Below, one piece after another: positions 17,862-25,788 of a stretch of 42,130 bases of DNA. This stretch comes from Candidatus Nitrosymbiomonas sp. (lineage in GTDB: Bacteria > Sysuimicrobiota > Sysuimicrobiia > Sysuimicrobiales > Humicultoraceae). Where the stretch lies: assembly GCA_020724185.1 (NCBI GenBank), contig DYHL01000001.1, forward strand, positions 8,903 to 51,032. Direction: 5' to 3'. Each line of letters begins with the position of its first letter. The first letter of the stretch is position 1. Below the pieces are notes generated by a model, which searched no databases, was not told the DNA's origin, and saw nothing but the letters and a program-made list of their open reading frames with translations. The position numbers were made by a program, and so were the translations under genes.

Positions 17862-19391
17862 ATGCGAGCACTCTCGATCGCAGCAATCGCCGCCGCCATT
17901 GTTGTGGCACAGGCGCCGGCCTTCTCGCAGGTATCGCTGCTGTTCCCACATGGCGTGGCCTCTGGGGACGTCCGCGAGACGTCTGCCGTGCTGTGGACAC
18001 GCCCCAGCCGGAGCGCTCCGGTCACCGTTGAGGTGTCGGCGGATCCGCAGTTCGGATCGCTCGTCTTCCAGCGCACCGTGACGCCGAACCCAGAGCGGGA
18101 CCTCACCGTGAAGGTCCTGGCATCAGGGCTAGCACCGGCCACCCGGTACCAGTACCGCTTCCGTGTCGGACGCGGATCCTACTCTCAGCAAGGGGCCTTC
18201 GTAACCCCTCCGGCAGCGGACGCCTCTGCCGACCTGACCTTTGCGTACTCGGCGTGTTCCGACGGCGGGCACGTGGGCGGTGCCCCGGCGCTCTCGATGG
18301 GCCTGCTGGACGCCGTGGTCGCCGAGCGGCCCGACTTCTTCGCCCACCTGGGCGACAACATGTACCCGGACTCGTCACTCGTGCCGAATCCCATCTTCAC
18401 GCTGGAGGCCTACCGCGGGAAGTACAAGGAGATCCGGTCCATCGCCACGTTCCGCAACTTCATGGCCAGCACCTCAATGATCACCACCTGGGACGATCAT
18501 GAGGTCGAGAACGACTACGACCGGGAGACGGTGGACGCCCGGAGATGGGCGGAAGGGCACCGTGCGTTCATGGAGTACTCGCCGATCGCCGAGCAGCCCG
18601 GTGGCCGGATCTATCGCAAGTTCCGCTGGGGGCGCGACGTCGAGCTGTTCGTGCTCGACGGGCGGTCTTACCGGAGCCGGCACGTGAGCAAGACCGCGGC
18701 CTGCGACAACCCGCCTGGCGGACGGGTGCCCGACCTGGCGCCGACGCTGCCGGCTCCGATCCGGGCGGCCTTCGCCCCCCTCGTCCCCCAGATGCGCCTG
18801 CCTGTACCCTCTGGATGCCTGGAGGCACTCACCGATCCCAACCGCACGATGCTGGGGCTCAGCCAGAAGCTCTGGCTGAAGCGCGAGCTGGCCCGCAGCA
18901 CCGCCACCTGGAAGCTGATCTTGAACCAGACGCCAATCCAAGAGTTCTTTGCCAACCCCTATGACAGGTGGGAGGGCTACGCGGCCGAACGCGCGGAGAT
19001 TCTCACTTTCATCCGCGCCAGCGGTATCAAGAACGTGGTGTGGCTCACCGGCGACACCCACGCGACGCTCGTCAACGACGTGCGCCTGTCCACTTTCACC
19101 CCGCCGTTCGAGACCACCGGCATGAAGGAAGTCGTGACCGGCCCCATCGCTGCTACGGTCTTTGCCGAGTCGGTCGCGGGCGTAGCCGGGCGGGCGGTCG
19201 TTCCTGCGCTGCTGGCGTTCCTGACCGCCCCAGTCCCGCAGGGCGTTGGCATGAGCTGCGCGGTCATGGACCGCTACACCTACGCCAAGGTGGAAGTAAA
19301 CAGCCGGGCGCGCACGGTCACCATCACGCCGAAGGACGCGGCAGGACGCTCGATCTGCCGGGCTCCGCTTGTGATCACGGCGGCGCCCTAG
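17862..19391 (+). CDS. phoD: PhoD-like alkaline phosphatase/phosphodiesterase, exported
   Basis: ATG 17862 lies 6 nt after AGGAGG (17850-17855). Signal-like N-terminus MRALSIAAIAAAIVVAQAPAFS and metallophosphatase motifs HLGDNMY, WDDHEVENDY, LTGDTHA. Alternative upstream starts are GTG 17811 and 17769. Confidence 0.85.
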   Translation: MRALSIAAIAAAIVVAQAPAFSQVSLLFPHGVASGDVRETSAVLWTRPSRSAPVTVEVSADPQFGSLVFQRTVTPNPERDLTVKVLASGLAPATRYQYRFRVGRGSYSQQGAFVTPPAADASADLTFAYSACSDGGHVGGAPALSMGLLDAVVAERPDFFAHLGDNMYPDSSLVPNPIFTLEAYRGKYKEIRSIATFRNFMASTSMITTWDDHEVENDYDRETVDARRWAEGHRAFMEYSPIAEQPGGRIYRKFRWGRDVELFVLDGRSYRSRHVSKTAACDNPPGGRVPDLAPTLPAPIRAAFAPLVPQMRLPVPSGCLEALTDPNRTMLGLSQKLWLKRELARSTATWKLILNQTPIQEFFANPYDRWEGYAAERAEILTFIRASGIKNVVWLTGDTHATLVNDVRLSTFTPPFETTGMKEVVTGPIAATVFAESVAGVAGRAVVPALLAFLTAPVPQGVGMSCAVMDRYTYAKVEVNSRARTVTITPKDAAGRSICRAPLVITAAP

Positions 19392-19397
19392 GGAGTT

Positions 19398-19406
19398 TGT
19401 TATAAT
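19398..19406 (+). promoter_or_regulatory. Extended -10 promoter element TGTTATAAT
   Basis: A perfect TGnTATAAT sits in the AT-richer 65-nt gap between phoD and the nuclease gene. Confidence 0.4.
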
Positions 19407-19415
19407 GACGGAGCA

Positions 19416-19435
19416 GGGGCGCCGAGTGGCGCCCC
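19416..19435 (+). other. 8-bp GC stem / GAGT tetraloop hairpin (phoD terminator or 5'-UTR structure)
   Basis: GGGGCGCC (19416-19423), GAGT loop, GGCGCCCC (19428-19435). No U-tract follows. Confidence 0.35.
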
Positions 19436-19456
19436 CTGCGGAAGGGGGAGCTCGGC

Positions 19457-19966
19457 GTGCGGCTCATGAGAGTTCGGCGGGTCGCCCTCGACCAGCAGAA
19501 CAACCCCCTTGTGCTGCTGGTTGACCAGGAAGAGACGATCGCGCTGCCCATCTGGATCGGCCAGGCAGAAGCGATGGCGATCGCCATGCGTCTCCAGAAC
19601 GTCCAGCCGCCCCGCCCTATGACGCACGATCTGCTCTCAACGGTGCTCGAGCAGCTCTCCGCAACGGTGACGCGCGTCGTCGTAAGCGACGTTCGCGATG
19701 CCACCTACTTCGCCGAGATCCACCTGGCGCGCGACGGCCAGGCGCTGGTAGTTGACTCCCGCCCCAGCGACGCCATCGCGATCGCCCTACGAACGGACGC
19801 CCCGATCTTCATCGAGGAGAAGGTGGCGTTGCAGGGCATCCCGCTGCGGAAGTCCACGGAGGGAGGGGAACATCCGGAGGCGCTGAGCGACGAGATGGAT
19901 CCTCAAGAGTTCCGGAAGTTCCTCGAACGGGTCAAGCCCGGAGACTTCAAGGGCCCGGTGCACTAG
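19457..19966 (+). CDS. Bifunctional nuclease (BFN/DUF151) domain protein
   Basis: GTG 19457 lies 6 nt after GAAGGGGGAG. Characteristic sequence PLVLLVDQEETIALPIWIGQAEAMAIA..PRPMTHDLL..VVVSDVRDATYFAEI. Confidence 0.8.
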   Translation: MRLMRVRRVALDQQNNPLVLLVDQEETIALPIWIGQAEAMAIAMRLQNVQPPRPMTHDLLSTVLEQLSATVTRVVVSDVRDATYFAEIHLARDGQALVVDSRPSDAIAIALRTDAPIFIEEKVALQGIPLRKSTEGGEHPEALSDEMDPQEFRKFLERVKPGDFKGPVH

Positions 19967-20730
19967 ACACCGGTACCCGACCGCGCCGGCAGTCTCAGCT
20001 TCGCGGCCGAGGCCGCGTCAACCCACCAGGTCACCCCTCCGTTGATAGGGCGGACACCAGCCGCCGGGCACCGCTGCGGCGCAGGCGACCCAACGAGCAC
20101 GGTGCGCAGGGCAGAGGCCCTCTCTGCTCCAGAGACCAGGAACCAGACCATTCGCGCGCGGTTGATCACGGGCAAGGTGAGCGTCAACCGTCGCAAGGGT
20201 TTGACCGGCGCCCGAACCGCCATCACCCATCGTTCCTTCTCCACGACTGCCCGAGAACCAGGGAAAAGGGAAGCGGTGTGCCCGTCACTCCCCATCCCCA
20301 ACAGCACCAGATCGAAGCGCGGCCAGGGCCCGGAGAAGTGCGCCCGCAGGGTCTCTGCATAGGCCTCCGCGGCGTCTTCCGGATCAGGGAGATCGGTGGG
20401 CATTGGGTGGACGTTCTGCGGCGGGACTGGCACACGGTCCAGCAGCGCCTCCCGCGCAAGGCGGTAGTTACTGCGCGGATCGTCCGCAGGCACGTAGCGC
20501 TCGTCGCCCCAGAAGAAGTGCACCCGGTCCCAGGGTATGTCGTCCCGGAAGTCGGTAGCCAGAGCGCGGTACAGTTCGCGCGGCGTCCTGCCGCCAGAGA
20601 GGACAATGGAGCAGCAGGGGCGGACCGCCAAGGCAGACGCGATCCTGTCGCGCAACTCGCGGGCCGCCGCGCGGCTGAGGGACGCCACGTCCGGGAATGG
20701 ACGCACGGCAGGAGTCAGCTGGGCAGCCAC
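19963..20730 (-). CDS. pgl: 6-phosphogluconolactonase
   Basis: IVLSGGRTP, FFWGDERYVP and GMGSDGHTASLFPG motifs. The GTG start overlaps the pgi 3' end by 16 nt. Confidence 0.9.
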   Translation of the reverse strand: MAAQLTPAVRPFPDVASLSRAAARELRDRIASALAVRPCCSIVLSGGRTPRELYRALATDFRDDIPWDRVHFFWGDERYVPADDPRSNYRLAREALLDRVPVPPQNVHPMPTDLPDPEDAAEAYAETLRAHFSGPWPRFDLVLLGMGSDGHTASLFPGSRAVVEKERWVMAVRAPVKPLRRLTLTLPVINRARMVWFLVSGAERASALRTVLVGSPAPQRCPAAGVRPINGGVTWWVDAASAAKLRLPARSGTGV

Positions 20731-22322
20731 CGCACCCGCACGACCCGGCGGCCGCGCTGCCGCAGGGCCTGCAGATCGCCCAGGGCCTGGGCCCTGATCA
20801 ACTCACCGAAGGTGTACTCCACCTCCGGTACCTGCAGGTCTTCCTCTGGGTCGTCAACGATCTGCACGAAGGCCCCGGTGTCCGGCCCGCCCTTGTGCAA
20901 CTGCCCGGTTGAATGCAGGAAGCGAGGGCCGTACCCCAGGGTAGTGGCCACGCCCCACCGGTCTCGGACGGCGCGTCGTAGCTCCTGCAGGGCCGTGGTA
21001 GTGGCTTCATCCGGCGCCAGGAACGTCTGCAGCCCCAGGTAGTCGCCCGGACGCAACTGCGCCGCCCACACGTTGATAGCGCCGGCCAACGCCCCTGGGC
21101 TGAAGGCCGGAGATTCCTCGGTGACGGCCTGCGCCCGCACCATGGCCTCCCTGGCCAGATCCTTGGCCAGTTGCACGTCGGGCTGATTGAACGGATGGAT
21201 GCCCAGAATCGCCCCGGCCGCGGCCACCGCCACCTCCCACCTGAAGAACTCGGCCCCAAGGTCGGCCATATCTGCCAGGTGTAGGCGGGCGACGGGATGG
21301 CCGGCAGCTTCGAGCGCGCCGACCAGGACGTCCAGATCGCGCGCCTCGTCACCATCGAGGCGCAGGTAGACGAAGACCCGATCAGGGCCGTACTGCTCCG
21401 GTCGGCCCAGCGGTTCGTCCACCACCGGGACGACACCCTTCCCATCCTTGCCGGTGCTCTCGGCGATGAGTTGCTCGATCCAGGCCGGCAGGCCTGCCAG
21501 CGATGGCGAAGCCAGGAAGGTTACCTTGTCGCGCCCGGCCAACGCCAGTTCGCCGAGCGCGGCTCCCAGAACCAGGCCCGGACTGACTGGCTCGGGCACC
21601 GTGGGCCCGCACTCCGCGGCCATCCCCTGTGCCCGGTCGAGCAACCGGCGCACATCTACGCCGATCAGCGCCGCGGGCACCAGCCCGAACACGGAGAGCG
21701 CGGAGTACCGCCCGCCCACGTCGGTCGGGCCCAGGAAGGTGCGCCGAAATGCGCGCTCCCGGGCCAGCTCCTCCAGGGGCGTCCCCGGATCGGTGATGGC
21801 AACGAACCTATCGCCAGGCCGCGCCTCCGTCTGGCTGACGCGGCGCCAGAAGTACCTAAAGAGCGAGAGCGTCTCGGTCGTGGTCCCAGACTTGCTGGAG
21901 ACCACGAAGAGCGTCCGCTCGAGGTCAATCTGCGACTCGATCCAGCGAACGGCCGCCGGGTGGGTGCTGTCGAGGACGACCAACCCGGGAGCGCCGGCCG
22001 CCGGAGCGAACGTGTGCTGGAACACTTCGGGGGCCATGCTCGATCCGCCCATCCCCAGCAGCACGACGTGGCGCGTGCCGGCCTCTGCCACCTCGCGCGC
22101 AAAGTCCGCCAGGTCGTCGAGCCTCTCGCGCACCGCCTCGGGAAGGGCGAGCCATCCCAGGCGGTCGGCCAGCTCGGGCACAGGCCCGCCTGAGGCCCCG
22201 GCCGACCACAGGGTCGGATCACGGGCCCACAGCCGCCGTGAGAATTCCGCTTCCTGCCAGGCCCGCAGCCGGTCCTCGACGCGGTCTTGATACCCTGCGA
22301 GCCACGGGCGGTGATCGCCCAT
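20715..22322 (-). CDS. pgi: Glucose-6-phosphate isomerase
   Basis: PGI signature DVGGRYSALSVFGLVP and SIS-type LLGMGGSSMAPEVF. I chose ATG 22322, 5 nt after the upstream TAA; the longer ORF to 22394 would overlap the CDF gene. Confidence 0.85.
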   Translation of the reverse strand: MGDHRPWLAGYQDRVEDRLRAWQEAEFSRRLWARDPTLWSAGASGGPVPELADRLGWLALPEAVRERLDDLADFAREVAEAGTRHVVLLGMGGSSMAPEVFQHTFAPAAGAPGLVVLDSTHPAAVRWIESQIDLERTLFVVSSKSGTTTETLSLFRYFWRRVSQTEARPGDRFVAITDPGTPLEELARERAFRRTFLGPTDVGGRYSALSVFGLVPAALIGVDVRRLLDRAQGMAAECGPTVPEPVSPGLVLGAALGELALAGRDKVTFLASPSLAGLPAWIEQLIAESTGKDGKGVVPVVDEPLGRPEQYGPDRVFVYLRLDGDEARDLDVLVGALEAAGHPVARLHLADMADLGAEFFRWEVAVAAAGAILGIHPFNQPDVQLAKDLAREAMVRAQAVTEESPAFSPGALAGAINVWAAQLRPGDYLGLQTFLAPDEATTTALQELRRAVRDRWGVATTLGYGPRFLHSTGQLHKGGPDTGAFVQIVDDPEEDLQVPEVEYTFGELIRAQALGDLQALRQRGRRVVRVRWLPS

Positions 22323-22327
22323 CTGCC

Positions 22328-23266
22328 TTACCGCGCCTCGCTTGAGCGTGCACCCTGCGCCGGATGCGGGCACACAGCGCAGGAGGCGTCGCACGGCTCC
22401 ACGTGGATCGTCACGTCCACGCCTGGCAACTCCTCCTCCAGGTGGTGCTCGAGGTCATCGCAGATCAAGTGCGCCTGGCCGACCGAGAGCGACCTGTGCA
22501 GCACCAGGTGTACGTCGAGGAACCGGTCGGCGCCGGCCTGACGGGTGCGCAACGCGTGGTACTCAACGATTTCCCCACGGTGTGCGTTGAGTACCGTCCG
22601 GATCTTGGCCTCTTCTTCCGGAGGGAACCGGGCATCCATCTGGCCACTGATTGAGCGCCGGAACAGCACCAGCCCCATCCAGCCGATGTTGGCGCCTACG
22701 ACTATGGCTGCGATCGCGTCCAGAGGCATCCAGCCGGTGGCGGCCACGAGGCCCAGCCCGGCGAAGACGCCCACGGAGGTGATGACGTCCGACAGGAGGT
22801 GCCTGGCCGACGCCTCGAGGGCGATTGACCGCCCGGCGCGCGATACACGCAGCAGGTAGAGCGCGACGGCCAGGTTCAAGACAGTGCCGGCCGCCAGCAG
22901 ATAGAGGCCAACAGATATGTGGACCAGTGGTTGCGGGTTGAGCAGCCGGTTGGCCGCGGTCAGCACGATCCAGCCGCCGGCCGCCGCAATCATCGCCCCC
23001 TCGGTGGCGCTGCTCACGTACTCGGCCTTGGCGTGGCCGTACTGATGGCTATCGTCTGGGGGGCGAACCGCGACCAGCAGGCTCACCAGCGCGATGTTGG
23101 CCGCCAGAATGTTGACCACCGACTCCGCGGCGTCGGAGAGCAGCGCCACCGACCCGGTGACAGTGTAGGCGGCCACCTTGAGCCCGAGGATCGCCACGCC
23201 GGCTGCCAGCGAGATGCCGGCTGCGCGAATCTTGCTTGAACCGGTTGTCCCCTCAGGTGTTAGCAT
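22328..23266 (-). CDS. Cation diffusion facilitator (CDF) family metal efflux transporter with a Cys/His-rich C-terminal tail
   Basis: Six-TM CDF pattern (LLSDAAESVVN, HLLSDVITS) and a C-terminal cytoplasmic domain, ending in the tail HVEPCDASCAVCPHP. ATG 23266 lies 5 nt after GGGGGA; a TTG at 23269 is an alternative start. Confidence 0.85.
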   Translation of the reverse strand: MLTPEGTTGSSKIRAAGISLAAGVAILGLKVAAYTVTGSVALLSDAAESVVNILAANIALVSLLVAVRPPDDSHQYGHAKAEYVSSATEGAMIAAAGGWIVLTAANRLLNPQPLVHISVGLYLLAAGTVLNLAVALYLLRVSRAGRSIALEASARHLLSDVITSVGVFAGLGLVAATGWMPLDAIAAIVVGANIGWMGLVLFRRSISGQMDARFPPEEEAKIRTVLNAHRGEIVEYHALRTRQAGADRFLDVHLVLHRSLSVGQAHLICDDLEHHLEEELPGVDVTIHVEPCDASCAVCPHPAQGARSSEAR

Positions 23267-23383
23267 CAATCCCCCAGACGGAACTTCGGCCCTATCTTAC
23301 CTGCCGGAACTCGCAGGCACCAGAGGAGGATCAGGCCGCGGGGCGAAGACAGCGGCGACCACGCTTCACCGACGAGGTGCTGT

Positions 23384-25687
23384 ATGCGCCGCCTGCTGCT
23401 CGTACTGCTGGTGCTGATCCTGGTCGTGGCCGCCATCGCCGGTGGAGCCGGCGTCTACGTGGCACGGCGTCCGTTCCCCCAGATCTCTGGAACTATGCGT
23501 GTCGCCGGTCTGAGCGATCCCGTGGAGGTCGTGCGCGACCGGTGGGGAATCCCGCACCTCTTCGCGCGTTCCTCCCGCGCCCTGTTCTTCGCGCAGGGCT
23601 TCGTGCACGCGCAAGACCGCCTCTGGCAGATGGAGCTCAACCGCCGCACCGCCTCCGGCCGGCTGTCCGAGATCTTTGGCGAGGCGGCGCTGCCGACCGA
23701 CCGGTTCCTGCGCACGATCGGCCTGCGGCGCGTAGCCGAGACGCACCTGGGCGCCGTCAGCCCGCAGACGAAACAGAACCTGGACGCCTACTCCGCCGGG
23801 GTGAACGCCTTCATAGCGGGCGCGCGCGGCCGGCTTCCCATCGAGTTTGCGCTGCTGCGCTTCACCCCTGAGCCCTGGACCCCCACCGACAGTCTGGCCT
23901 ACGGCAAGTTGATGGCGTGGGTGCTGGGTGGCGACTGGCGGGTGGAGATACTGCGCCAGCAGCTCCTCGAGCGGTTCGGCGACGGCGCGCTGGAACGGCT
24001 GCTGCCTGGGTACCCGGCCGACGCGCCGGTAATCACCGGCGGGTGGCACCTGCCGGGACTGGGCCTGCGCGGCCTGCCCGGCATTGGCAGCAACAACTGG
24101 ACCGTTGCCGGGAACCGCACGGACACCGGCCGGCCGCTGCTGGCCAACGATCCGCACCTGGAATCCCAGATGCCCTCGATCTGGTACCTGATGCACCTGA
24201 ACGGCGGGCCCTACGACGTCGTCGGGGCCACCTTTCCGGGCGTGCCCGGCGTCATCATCGGGCACAACCGCGACATCGCGTGGGGCGTGACCAACGCCAA
24301 CCCCGACGTGCAGGATCTCTACGTCGAGCGATTCCACCCCGAGGATCCGGCGCGCTACCTCTACAAGGGAACGTGGCTTCCCGCGACGGTCGTTCGCGAG
24401 ATGATCAAGGTCAAGGGTCAGACCGAGCCGGTAGTTGAGATCGTGCGCGTCACGCGCCACGGCCCTATCCTAAACAATGTCGTGCGCGGGCTGCACGCGC
24501 CGCTGGCGCTGCGGTGGACGGCGCTGGACTCGAGTACCATTATCGAGTCGGTGGACGGCATCAACCGCGCGTCCACCTGGGCGGAGTTCCGCCAGGCGCT
24601 GCGCGCGTGGGACGCGCCGTCCCAGAACTTCGTCTTCGCCCACCGCAACGGCGAGATCGGCTACCAGATGCCAGGGCGCATCCCGGTGCGGGCCAAGGGG
24701 ACAGGGGCGTTGCCGGTGCCGGGATGGACCGGTGAGCACGAGTGGGTCGGGTGGCTGCCGTTCGAGGCGCTCCCCAGCGCCCACCGCCGCGACGGGTTCA
24801 TGGTTACCGCCAACAACCGCATCGCGCCGCAGGGCTATCCGCACTTCCTGAGCCGTGATTGGGACGTGGGGTACCGCGCGCGGCGCATCACCGCGCTCCT
24901 CTCCGAGGGCACCCAGTCGGTCCAGACCTATCAGCGCATCCACAGCGACGTGACCTCGCTCCCGGGCAGGGCCATGATCGAGGCGCTACGGCCGGTGCGG
25001 ATCCTCGACCCGGCGCTCCAGCCGCTCTTTGCCGAACTGCTCCAGTGGGACGGCGTGCTGTCTGCTTCCAGCCGGCCTGCCGCCGTGTACGAGGCGCTCC
25101 TGGACGCCCTGATCCGGGAGGTGTTTCGGACGCCGCTCGACGAGGCGGTCTTCGCCCGCTACCTGCGTCAGTACGAGGGGGCGGTGCAGACGCTGCTCGC
25201 GTTGCTGCGCGATCCGGCATCCGGTTGGTGGCGGGGCAGCCGCGACCGTCTGGTGGAGACCGCCCTGCGCGATGCGGTGCGGACGTTGGAGGCGCAACTC
25301 GGACCCAACCGCGACAAGTGGCGGTGGGGAAGGCTGCACCAGACGACTTTCGTCCATCCCATAGGGCGGATCAAGGCTCTGGCCTGGATCTTCAACACAA
25401 CGACCCCGGAGGTGGGCGGCGACGCCTTCACCGTAAACAACGGCGCCTTCAATCCGGAGGAACCATTCAAGCAGTTGGTCGTGGCCTCGTACCGACAGAT
25501 CCTGGACACCGCGGACTGGGACCGGTCGCTGGTCATCCACACCACAGGGCAGAGTGGCCTGCCGTTCCACCGGCACTACCGCGACTTCGCGGTGCTCTGG
25601 GCGCGGGGAGAGTACGTGCCGCTGCTGTTCTCGCGGCCCCGGATCGAGGAGGTTGCGGCCGGGCGACTGGTGCTGACGCCAAGGTAA
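23384..25687 (+). CDS. Penicillin acylase / N-acyl-amide acylase family Ntn hydrolase, N-terminally membrane-anchored
   Basis: N-terminal TM segment LLLVLLVLILVVAAIAGGAG, alpha-subunit motif RDRWGIPHLFA, and autoprocessing/nucleophile context GSNNWTVAG..LLANDPHL. Confidence 0.85.
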   Translation: MRRLLLVLLVLILVVAAIAGGAGVYVARRPFPQISGTMRVAGLSDPVEVVRDRWGIPHLFARSSRALFFAQGFVHAQDRLWQMELNRRTASGRLSEIFGEAALPTDRFLRTIGLRRVAETHLGAVSPQTKQNLDAYSAGVNAFIAGARGRLPIEFALLRFTPEPWTPTDSLAYGKLMAWVLGGDWRVEILRQQLLERFGDGALERLLPGYPADAPVITGGWHLPGLGLRGLPGIGSNNWTVAGNRTDTGRPLLANDPHLESQMPSIWYLMHLNGGPYDVVGATFPGVPGVIIGHNRDIAWGVTNANPDVQDLYVERFHPEDPARYLYKGTWLPATVVREMIKVKGQTEPVVEIVRVTRHGPILNNVVRGLHAPLALRWTALDSSTIIESVDGINRASTWAEFRQALRAWDAPSQNFVFAHRNGEIGYQMPGRIPVRAKGTGALPVPGWTGEHEWVGWLPFEALPSAHRRDGFMVTANNRIAPQGYPHFLSRDWDVGYRARRITALLSEGTQSVQTYQRIHSDVTSLPGRAMIEALRPVRILDPALQPLFAELLQWDGVLSASSRPAAVYEALLDALIREVFRTPLDEAVFARYLRQYEGAVQTLLALLRDPASGWWRGSRDRLVETALRDAVRTLEAQLGPNRDKWRWGRLHQTTFVHPIGRIKALAWIFNTTTPEVGGDAFTVNNGAFNPEEPFKQLVVASYRQILDTADWDRSLVIHTTGQSGLPFHRHYRDFAVLWARGEYVPLLFSRPRIEEVAAGRLVLTPR

Positions 25688-25757
25688 AGCGTACCTGACG
25701 ATCGCTGGACGCGTCCGAAAGGAGGGCCTGCCATTCCCGACGAAGTCCATACGGCAA

Positions 25758-25781
25758 GTCACCTTAGAGCAGGAAGGTGAC
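25758..25781. promoter_or_regulatory. Perfect 8-bp inverted repeat GTCACCTT-N8-AAGGTGAC over the fadN ribosome-binding site (operator or SD-sequestering hairpin)
   Basis: GTCACCTT 25758-25765 and AAGGTGAC 25774-25781. The right arm contains the GGAAGGTGA Shine-Dalgarno-like sequence and the GTG at 25777. Confidence 0.4.
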
Positions 25782-25788
25782 CCCCTCA

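Noticed and set aside
25707-25716. The 10-bp palindrome GGACGCGTCC just after the acylase stop, and a strong AAAGGAGGG (25718-25726) with no obvious start codon after it.
   Set aside because: Short GC palindromes are frequent in GC-rich DNA. No ATG or GTG lies at a suitable distance from the SD-like sequence, and the only downstream frame is an out-of-frame read-through of fadN.
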